NCBI GenBank assembly: GCA_965223505.1
Contig: CBDCWP010000031.1
Coordinates: 32,001 to 96,000, forward strand
Direction: 5' to 3'
From: Planctomycetota bacterium
GTDB taxonomy: Bacteria > Planctomycetota > PLA2 > JAEUHO01
Length of the DNA stretch: 64,000 nucleotides
The notes below the pieces were generated by a model. It was not told where the DNA came from and made no database searches. It saw nothing but the letters and a program-made list of their open reading frames with translations. Each line of letters starts with the position of its first letter. The first letter of the stretch is position 1. Positions 56,994-64,000 of the stretch are shown in pieces. A program made the position numbers and the translations under genes.

Positions 56994-58757
56994 CTAGCGG
57001 GCGGCAGTCCGCTTCGCCTCCAGCGCCTCCCAACGCCCGTAGGACGCGGCGACCTCGCGTTCGAGCTGCTCCAGCCGGGACTTGGCCTCCGCGATCACCG
57101 CGCCGTCGCGGCGGAAGAAAGCCGGATCGGCCATCTCGTCGTGCAGCGCCGCCACCGCCGACTCCAGCGCCTCGATGCGGGCGGGCAGGTCGCGCAGCTC
57201 CCTCTTCTCGGATCGATCCAGCGGCGATACGGGCCGGGGGCTGCTCTTGCGTTCGCGCTTGCTGCGCCGCGGTCGCTCCGGGTCCGTCGATTTGCGTTGC
57301 GCGAGCCAGTCCGTGTACCCGCCAGCAAACTCGTTGACGACGCCGTCTCCCTCGAGCACCAGCGTGCTCGTCACGACGTGATCCAGAAGCTCGCGATCGT
57401 GGCTCACGACCAGTACCGTGCCCGCGTACTCGGCAAGCAGCGCCTCGAGCACCTCGAGGGTCTCGACATCCAAGTCGTTGGTCGGCTCGTCGAGCACCAG
57501 CACGTTGGACGGTCGCGCGAACAGACGGGCCAGCAAGAGCCGGTTGCGCTCGCCGCCCGAGAACAGCCGCACGGGGCTGCGCGCTTGATCCGCGGAGAAG
57601 AGGAAGTTGCGCAAGTACCCGATCACGTGGAGCTGGCGACCGTTGACCAAAACCGTCGACGCGCCGTCTCCCACGTTCTCGATGGCGGTTGCGTTCTCAT
57701 CGAGCGTTCGGTGCAGCTGATCGAAGTAAGCGATCTTCAGATTCGTTCCATGGCGAATCGTGCCCGCGTCGGGCGCGAGCTCGCCGAGCAGGAGCCGCAA
57801 GAGCGTCGTCTTGCCGGAGCCGTTGGGGCCGATGACGCCCACGCGCTCACCGCGCATGATCGTCGTCGAGAGATCGCGCGCGATCGCCTGTCCTTCCCAG
57901 TCGAAGGAGACCCCTTTGGCCTGCAGGACGAGGCGGCCCGAGCGCTCGGCGCTCTGCGCCGTGATGCGGACGGTTCCTTCGACATCGCGGCGCGCGCTGC
58001 GTTCCGTACGCATCTCGCCGAGTCGCTTGACGCGGCCCTGGTTGCGCTTGCGGCGCTCCCGAACGCCGCGCCGAATCCACACCTCTTCCTCGGCCAACTT
58101 CTTGTCGAACTGTGCTTCGCTGCGCGACGCCGCCTCGAGGGCCGCCTGCTTGCGGTCCACGTACCGGTCGTAGTCCGCGTCGAAACGCGTCAGGTGTCCG
58201 CGATCGATGTCCAGGATGCCCGTGGCGAGCGCGCGCAAGAAGGCGCGATCGTGCGTGACGAACAGGAGCGTGGTCGCCTGTCGCCGCAGGAAGTCCTCGA
58301 GCCAGGCGATCGACGCGACGTCGAGATGGTTGGTCGGCTCGTCGAGCAGGAGCAGGTCCGGCTCCATCGCGACGGCTCGCGCCAGCAGCGTCCGTCGCCG
58401 CAAACCCGCCGAGAGGTCGCTGAAGTTGGCATCCGGGTCGAGACCGATGCGCGAGACGGCCGTGTGCGCGGCTCGTTCGTCGGCGCCGCCGGCGAGCACG
58501 ACGTCCAGCACGCTCCCGGCCATGCCAGCGGGCACGTCCTGCTCGAGCGTGGCGACGCGCAAGCCGGACGATCGAACGACCTCGCCCTCGTCGGGCTCCG
58601 TCACGCCCTGGATGACCTTCAGCAGCGTCGTCTTGCCGCTGCCGTTGCGTCCGAGCAGGCAGAGCCGTTCCTTGCGCTCGATGACGAGATCGACGCCGGC
58701 GAGGACGGGCGGGCCGCCGAAGGCGACGACGACGTTGCTGAGCTGGAGAAGCGGCAC
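56994..58757 (-). CDS. uup: ABC-F family ATPase Uup
   Basis: Two ABC cassettes (GRNGSGKTT, GPNGSGKTT), EEVWIRRGV..RR.RNQGR linker, DEPTNDLD, C-terminal ELRDLPARIEALE coiled coil. Confidence 0.9.
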   Translation of the reverse strand: MPLLQLSNVVVAFGGPPVLAGVDLVIERKERLCLLGRNGSGKTTLLKVIQGVTEPDEGEVVRSSGLRVATLEQDVPAGMAGSVLDVVLAGGADERAAHTAVSRIGLDPDANFSDLSAGLRRRTLLARAVAMEPDLLLLDEPTNHLDVASIAWLEDFLRRQATTLLFVTHDRAFLRALATGILDIDRGHLTRFDADYDRYVDRKQAALEAASRSEAQFDKKLAEEEVWIRRGVRERRKRNQGRVKRLGEMRTERSARRDVEGTVRITAQSAERSGRLVLQAKGVSFDWEGQAIARDLSTTIMRGERVGVIGPNGSGKTTLLRLLLGELAPDAGTIRHGTNLKIAYFDQLHRTLDENATAIENVGDGASTVLVNGRQLHVIGYLRNFLFSADQARSPVRLFSGGERNRLLLARLFARPSNVLVLDEPTNDLDVETLEVLEALLAEYAGTVLVVSHDRELLDHVVTSTLVLEGDGVVNEFAGGYTDWLAQRKSTDPERPRRSKRERKSSPRPVSPLDRSEKRELRDLPARIEALESAVAALHDEMADPAFFRRDGAVIAEAKSRLEQLEREVAASYGRWEALEAKRTAAR

Positions 58758-58791
58758 CCGCGTAGCTTCGCAGACGAACCGCTCGAGACCG

Positions 58792-59109
58792 TCAGGCGTC
58801 CCAGAGCGACGACGCGGCGACGCGCCGCCGGTCGTCGAACACGACACCCTCGGCTTCGAGGATGAGGCGCTGGAGACGCTCGCCGGCGGGATCGCCTCTG
58901 TCGCTGATCCGGCGCTGGGCGTTCACGATGCGATGCCAAGGAACGCCGGAGTCCTCGGAGAGCCGTCGAAGCGCGGCGCCGACCATCCGTGCCGTACAGC
59001 CGTGCACCTGTGCGGCGATCTGACCGTAGGTCGCGACGCGTCCTTCAGGTACGGCGCAGACGGCCTCGTGGATGCGCGCATCGAGCCACGGAAGTCGCGA
59101 CGAGCCCAT
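58792..59109 (-). CDS. Alkyltransferase-like (ATL/MGMT-family) protein
   Basis: VPEGRVATYGQIA, ARMVG.AL, VPWHRIVN (Trp in place of the catalytic Cys), LEAEGV. Confidence 0.9.
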   Translation of the reverse strand: MGSSRLPWLDARIHEAVCAVPEGRVATYGQIAAQVHGCTARMVGAALRRLSEDSGVPWHRIVNAQRRISDRGDPAGERLQRLILEAEGVVFDDRRRVAASSLWDA

Positions 59110-59813
59110 CACCGCGGCGGATCGTGCCGGTACACGAAAAGGCGCGACTTCTGCGCGTCGCGCGTCGGCACCTCTCCTGCGGGGGCGACGAAGTCCCACT
59201 CGCCGACGTAGTTCCGGTCGCCGGTGGGCAGGAGATAGTAGATCGTCAAGGCCCGGGGATGCGCGTCGAGCGAGCTCTTGATCCGGTCCCGCACCGCGTC
59301 GATCACCGGCGGATAGAAGGGGTTGAACAGGAAGGCGATGGACATGTCGTCGGGCGGGTCGAACGTCATGGCGTTGCCGCCGACGACCTCGACGTCGTCG
59401 CACTTGCGGCCCTTGATGCGCGGGATGTTGTCCTGCGCCGTGGCGCTCAGCGCTTCGGAGAGCTCGATCCCCACGATGCGTCGAAACGGATGTTGCGCCG
59501 CCGCCGCGACGATGCGGCCCTTGCCCGATCCGTAGTCGACGAGAACGTCCTCCCCCGGGCGGATCGTCATGTGGGCGAGGGCACGGCGCACCAGCGGATA
59601 GGGGGTCGGCTCGTAGTGGGCCGAGGTGTCGTCCTGGCCGAGGTCGGCGCGATCGACATATCCCTTGGTGTGTACGCCGAGGCGCCACTCGTGAAACTCC
59701 TCGTTCAGGCGGAAGCGCGTCCAGCGCAGCGTGCTGCGAAGCCCCTGCTCCCGTGTGCGACGCACGACCTTGCCGACGAATCCGAGCACGAGCCCCTCCG
59801 AGGAGCGCGGCAT
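59109..59813 (-). CDS. Class I SAM-dependent methyltransferase
   Basis: YEPTPY, VDYGSGKGR, IVGIELS, FLFNPF. Confidence 0.85.
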   Translation of the reverse strand: MPRSSEGLVLGFVGKVVRRTREQGLRSTLRWTRFRLNEEFHEWRLGVHTKGYVDRADLGQDDTSAHYEPTPYPLVRRALAHMTIRPGEDVLVDYGSGKGRIVAAAAQHPFRRIVGIELSEALSATAQDNIPRIKGRKCDDVEVVGGNAMTFDPPDDMSIAFLFNPFYPPVIDAVRDRIKSSLDAHPRALTIYYLLPTGDRNYVGEWDFVAPAGEVPTRDAQKSRLFVYRHDPPR

Positions 59814-59828
59814 TGTAGAGGGGGTGCG

Positions 59829-60923
59829 CTACACGGTCGCTCGCGGCCGCGACGGACGACCGGACACCGGACTGTTCGAAAGCGCGGCCCGCTCGAGCTC
59901 GAGCAGCCGCTGCTTGCGCCAGACGCCGCCGCCGTATCCGGACAGCGAACCGTCCGATCGAACGACGCGGTGGCACGGAATCACGATCGCGATGCGGTTC
60001 TGACCGTTCGCCGAGCCCACGGCGCGACTCGCGCCCGGACGACCGACGTGCTCCGCCACCTCTCCGTAGCTCTGGGTCGCGCCGTACGGAATCGTTCGAA
60101 GGTGCGTCCACACGGCTTGCTGAAACGGCGTCGGCCGCGTGTCGAGCGCAACGTCGAAGGCGGTGAGTCGGCCCGCGAAATACGCCGCCAGCTCCCGCTC
60201 GACCTGTGCGAGGTGTTCGTTGCTGCCGGGCACGACCGATCGGCGGAACCGAGTGCGCACCTGCTGCAGCTCCCGCTCCAACGCGCGCCGGTCGACGAAC
60301 TCGAGCAGCACGAGACCGTGCTCGGAGGCGATGGCGATCATCGGTCCGAGCGGGCTCGAGATCCACGCTGCCGTCAGCGCCTCCTTCGAGCGCGACGCAC
60401 CGGGCGGCATGCCGAACACCTTCGCGAACGCGTCCCGGAAGCCGCTTTCGGACTCGTAGCCCGCGTCGACGCCGGCTGCCGAGATCCCTGCGCCTCGCGA
60501 GAGCGCACGCATCGCGATACCCAGCCGCCAGGCGCGCTGAAATGCCTGAAAGGTCACCCCGAAGTGCCGCACAAAGTAGCGCCGCACCGTCGCCGGGTTC
60601 AGGCCCTCTTCGATGAGCTCGCGATCGCGGATGCGGCGGTTCGGCGCACTGCCGACGCTGCGGATGAGACGAGCCGCCCACGACGGGCGGTCCGGATCCC
60701 GGTCGAGCGGACGGCACACTTTGCACGGCCGATAGCCGGCATGGAGGGCGGCCGCCGCGGTCGAAACGAACTCGACGTTCTGCGGCTTCGGCTTTCGGGC
60801 ACGGCAGACAGGACGACAGAAGATGCCGGTGGTCCGAACACACGCGAAGAACAGCCCGTCGTACGACGCGTCGCGCCGCACCAGCGCGTCGAACATCTCA
60901 GGGTCGGGCGGAAGCGTCTGCAC
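59829..60923 (-). CDS. ada: Bifunctional Ada regulator / methylated-DNA-protein-cysteine methyltransferase
   Basis: RDASYDG.FF..V.TTGIFCRPVC, GYRPCKVCRP (Zn), AraC HTH (GYESESGF), IPYG, IPCHRV, GYGGG. Confidence 0.95.
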   Translation of the reverse strand: MQTLPPDPEMFDALVRRDASYDGLFFACVRTTGIFCRPVCRARKPKPQNVEFVSTAAAALHAGYRPCKVCRPLDRDPDRPSWAARLIRSVGSAPNRRIRDRELIEEGLNPATVRRYFVRHFGVTFQAFQRAWRLGIAMRALSRGAGISAAGVDAGYESESGFRDAFAKVFGMPPGASRSKEALTAAWISSPLGPMIAIASEHGLVLLEFVDRRALERELQQVRTRFRRSVVPGSNEHLAQVERELAAYFAGRLTAFDVALDTRPTPFQQAVWTHLRTIPYGATQSYGEVAEHVGRPGASRAVGSANGQNRIAIVIPCHRVVRSDGSLSGYGGGVWRKQRLLELERAALSNSPVSGRPSRPRATV

Positions 60924-60994
60924 GGCCGGAGTCTAGCGACCGGTCGAACGGCCTCCACCGCGCATCGGACGACCAATTCGGATTCCCACCGGTG

Positions 60995-62440
60995 TCATGC
61001 GCTGGAATGCTCCTCGACCCGCCGCGCCGCGGCGTTCGCCACGAGAAGTTGCCAGCGCGCGTCGTGTCGAAACAGCTTGTGTCGAATCGGCTCGCGGAAG
61101 AGCGGCAGCCACGCCCACATGAGCCGGACGAGCGAATACCCCACGCTCATTCCGAAGATGCCGAAGAGCACCGGAAATGCACTCATCCACTCGGGAAGGG
61201 GCCGGCCGATGTACCTCGTGGCCCCGACCGTCAAGCCGCCCACGAGCAGACACCCGACCAGCGCCATCAACGCGAGGTTGAGGGCGCGTACCGTGCGTTC
61301 GACCCTGGGACCGTCGATCACGGAGGCACGCACCTCGCCCTTCGGGAAGATGCGCGAGAGGATCCACGCGAAGGCGCCCAGCAGGATGTAGCTGTCAATC
61401 GCGAGCTCGGATCCCATCGCGTGCGCCATTACGACGTGCGTGCCGTGAATGAGCGCGTTGAACGGCGGGACCGAGATCAAGAGCGCCACGGGCAAGAGGA
61501 AGACGTTCCAGTGCTTGGACAGCGACAGGAAGCGCTTCGCGGCCCCGAAGGACGCGCCGAGGACCTTCGGCCGCCCGAGCTTGCCCACGATGTCTCGCAA
61601 GAGGCTCCAGAGGATGATGATCTCGAGCATGCTCACGACGAACGCGACCCACTTGACGAGATGCGACTGCGGTAGGTGGTAGGTGTGGTGCGTGTAGTTC
61701 GTGAACGAGTTCAGCAATCCCAGTCCGAACAGGGCGAATGCCGAACGTGACTGCGCCACGGAGCGGTCGCGTGAGAGGCGTTCGCCCACGTACAGCAGCG
61801 AGCCGTACACCATCTGGTTGAACGACGCGACCAGTGTCCCGCACGACTTCCACTGGATCTGGAGGTCGGCAACGGGCTGCGAGCTCACGAACGGCAGAAG
61901 GTGCGCATGGCCTTCCGCGAAGGTGTACACGAACAAGCAGGCGCCGGCGGTCCACATGTACACGTAGACGGGCCTGGACCAGAAGCCGCGCCGGACACGG
62001 CGCAGAAACGTCCAGAGGAACAAGACCCAACCGACCAAGATCGATACGGATATCAGCGGATGGAATCCGAGGTACTCCCGGCCCGAGGTGATTCCGAGCG
62101 GCAGCGTGACGATCGTCGCGATGCCTGCCAGACCCCAGCAGACCATGTGCGCCCGATACCGGCGCCGTTCGCCGCGATTCGGTTCGCCGAAGGTCTCGAA
62201 GAGGAACCAGTACATGCAAGCGACGCAGCCCAGGTAGATCCAGGCCGAGGCGAAGGTCGTGTGCAACGGTCGGATCTGGACGAGGCTGATGCCCGCGTTC
62301 GCCATCGGCCGTGAGAACGCGGGAACGTAGTACAGCGCACCGAGCGCGCCCATCAGGACGGACAGGAGCATGCAGGCGAACGCACAGGCCATCGCCACCA
62401 GCACCATGCGCTCGCCGGACTTGAAGACGGGGTCGTTCAC
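60995..62440 (-). CDS. Heme-copper oxidase superfamily subunit I, NorB-like with atypical active site
   Basis: About 12 TM; RPLH, GREY, YTHHTY, SMLE, HGTH...AHAM; helix-VI His/Glu absent (QWKSCGTLVASFNQ). GTG at 62440 overlaps the upstream stop. Confidence 0.8.
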   Translation of the reverse strand: MNDPVFKSGERMVLVAMACAFACMLLSVLMGALGALYYVPAFSRPMANAGISLVQIRPLHTTFASAWIYLGCVACMYWFLFETFGEPNRGERRRYRAHMVCWGLAGIATIVTLPLGITSGREYLGFHPLISVSILVGWVLFLWTFLRRVRRGFWSRPVYVYMWTAGACLFVYTFAEGHAHLLPFVSSQPVADLQIQWKSCGTLVASFNQMVYGSLLYVGERLSRDRSVAQSRSAFALFGLGLLNSFTNYTHHTYHLPQSHLVKWVAFVVSMLEIIILWSLLRDIVGKLGRPKVLGASFGAAKRFLSLSKHWNVFLLPVALLISVPPFNALIHGTHVVMAHAMGSELAIDSYILLGAFAWILSRIFPKGEVRASVIDGPRVERTVRALNLALMALVGCLLVGGLTVGATRYIGRPLPEWMSAFPVLFGIFGMSVGYSLVRLMWAWLPLFREPIRHKLFRHDARWQLLVANAAARRVEEHSSA

Positions 62441-63204
62441 TTGTACTCGAACCACGGAAGGCCGTCCGTGGTCTCCTGCGCCTTGGGGGCGGCATCGCGA
62501 AACGACGCATGAATGGACTCCGCGTTCGCGCCCAACCAAGTCAAGAAGTCCAGGAGGTCGTCACGCTCCTGCGGAGCGAGGGCGAACCGCGGCATGCCCT
62601 TCGACGGGATCCCGTTGGCCAGCATGGCGGCGACGCCTTCGCGTCCGAGCTTCGTGATCAGGTGCGTGAGATCGGTTCCCTTGTGCTCGGCCATGGGGTT
62701 GGGGAGATGGCAGCCGATGCACTTCTGCGCGAAGAGCACGTCGCGGCCGTGCGCCTGCGCCGGGGTCATGAACACGCCGTCTTCGACCGCTCGCGACACC
62801 GCCTCTGCCAGTACCTCCGCGCCGTCGAAACCGCGATACGGCGGCAGCTGGCCGCGGCCGGTCTCGTGGACCTCGGCCAGAAACGCCTCAATTGCCCGGC
62901 GGTCTGCGTCACTCAGGTCGAACGCCGGCATCTGGCCGGCGCCGATGGTGAGGACGGTGTCGACCCGTGCGCGGGTCAGGCGTTCCGTCGCGTTGGTGAG
63001 GTCGGGCCCGAGGAACCCGCCGAATCCGTAGATCTGATGGCAGCTCTGACAGTTGTGGCGGTGCCAGACATCGCGGCCCGCGGACGCCTGACCCGACAAC
63101 GCCGCCGTCGCCCGGCCCGCGGGATCCGTGTACACCAGCCAACCTTGCAGAAAGAACACGGCCACCAGACTGACGAGGAGAACCTGGCGGGCGCGCGTGC
63201 TCAT
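62437..63204 (-). CDS. NorC-like membrane-anchored di-haem cytochrome c
   Basis: N-terminal TM; G..VW...NCQSCHQIYG.GG.LGPDLTN...MP; second CIGCH...MP. Confidence 0.85.
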   Translation of the reverse strand: MSTRARQVLLVSLVAVFFLQGWLVYTDPAGRATAALSGQASAGRDVWHRHNCQSCHQIYGFGGFLGPDLTNATERLTRARVDTVLTIGAGQMPAFDLSDADRRAIEAFLAEVHETGRGQLPPYRGFDGAEVLAEAVSRAVEDGVFMTPAQAHGRDVLFAQKCIGCHLPNPMAEHKGTDLTHLITKLGREGVAAMLANGIPSKGMPRFALAPQERDDLLDFLTWLGANAESIHASFRDAAPKAQETTDGLPWFEYK

Positions 63205-63935
63205 CTACGTTCGGTGAGCTCCGAGTTCGTGGCGACGTAGATCGTATCCGTTTGGTCGTCGTCGATCATCGGGTTGAACACGACGATCTCGTGCGTCGCG
63301 ACGTCGGCGAACGCGGTCGAGAGCAGCCGGGTGAAGGCGTCGTTCGTCGCACCCGCCGACCACAGCGCGAACACGCCGCCCGGCGACAGCAACGCCGCCG
63401 CCGATGCCATCGCGCCGCGCTCGTAGAAGCGACCGTGCGCCGGACCCAGCCAGGCGTCGGGCGCATGGTCGATGTCCACGAGGATCGCGCCGTACCCGCC
63501 GGCGACCGCGATCTCGCTCTCCGCACCCCGGCCGACGAGCGCGAAAAAGTCGCCTTGACGCAGCGTGCAGCGTTCGTGCCCGCACAAGGACGCCCCGAGC
63601 GGAACGAGACCCGTTTGGTGCCACTCGATGACCTCCGGCAACAGATCGACGACCGTGACGCTGCGCGCGCGCTCGTCGCCGAGCGCGGCCCATGCCGTGT
63701 ACCCGAGGCCGAGCCCGCCGACCAGCACGTCGAACGGTTCATCCGGCGCGTCAGCGAGCGCAAGCAGAGAGAGCTGCTGCTCCGACTCGTTGAGCCAGCT
63801 CGACATCAACAGGTCGTCATTGAGCTTGATCTCGTAGATGGGCTCGGGGCCGAGCCCCGGCACCGTCCTGCGACGCAGCACGAGCTCGCCCAACGCGCAC
63901 TGACGGACGTCGAGCTCTTCGTAGGTGGTGCTCAT
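63201..63935 (-). CDS. Spermidine-synthase-like SAM-binding protein
   Basis: GELVLRRR, EIKLNDDLLMSS, VLVGGLGLGYT, GDFF, ILVDIDH, GVFALWS; ATGA overlap with the cytochrome gene. Confidence 0.85.
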   Translation of the reverse strand: MSTTYEELDVRQCALGELVLRRRTVPGLGPEPIYEIKLNDDLLMSSWLNESEQQLSLLALADAPDEPFDVLVGGLGLGYTAWAALGDERARSVTVVDLLPEVIEWHQTGLVPLGASLCGHERCTLRQGDFFALVGRGAESEIAVAGGYGAILVDIDHAPDAWLGPAHGRFYERGAMASAAALLSPGGVFALWSAGATNDAFTRLLSTAFADVATHEIVVFNPMIDDDQTDTIYVATNSELTERR

Positions 63936-64000
63936 GGAACGCGCATCGTCGATGCGTCGGGTCAATTCGAGCCAGGGAAATCGAAGCCGTCCGCGCGCTT

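Noticed and set aside
60936..60994. Possible Ada box upstream of ada
   Set aside because: No convincing AAT-N6-GCAA match is visible.
60995..62440. Calling the HCO gene norB or ccoN
   Set aside because: Key metal ligands are missing or substituted and there are no norQD or ccoOP genes, so no symbol was assigned.
63201..63935. Calling the gene speE
   Set aside because: Only the SAM-binding fold is evident; this short family is not demonstrably an aminopropyltransferase.

Overview
GC-rich (~68-70% by eye), gene-dense bacterial chromosomal window from a diderm organism (it carries lpxB). The gene content suggests Planctomycetota, which is an inference: a TIGR02999-type ECF sigma factor coupled to a Ser/Thr kinase-WD40 gene, large carboxypeptidase-regulatory-like repeat proteins, and DHOR and PQQ-dehydrogenase-cytochrome proteins. 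I call about 45 CDS and one tRNA-Arg(ACG). Housekeeping genes include lysS, lpxB, a uvrA paralogue, nadA, lipB, argG, uup and ada. I see no integrase, transposase or CRISPR array. Most interesting observations: (1) a NorC/NorB-like heme-copper-oxidase pair with a rebuilt active site (helix-VI His and Glu absent, HxH changed to HAM); (2) a bacterial protein with the motifs and topology of eukaryotic GPI ethanolamine-phosphate transferases (PIG-G/O/N); (3) a thioredoxin-like gene interrupted by an in-frame TGA at the redox-Cys position and followed by a SECIS-like hairpin (candidate selenoprotein); (4) LysRS fused to a degenerate HD domain; (5) a paralogous lipoprotein / metalloprotease / lipoprotein cassette facing a secreted CHAT protease; (6) a ~200-bp palindrome-rich duplication that includes the tRNA 3' end; (7) a DUF1611/DgcN-like gene coupled to argG. 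All family calls come from recognising motifs by eye, with no database searches. Several start codons were re-chosen relative to the ORF track.
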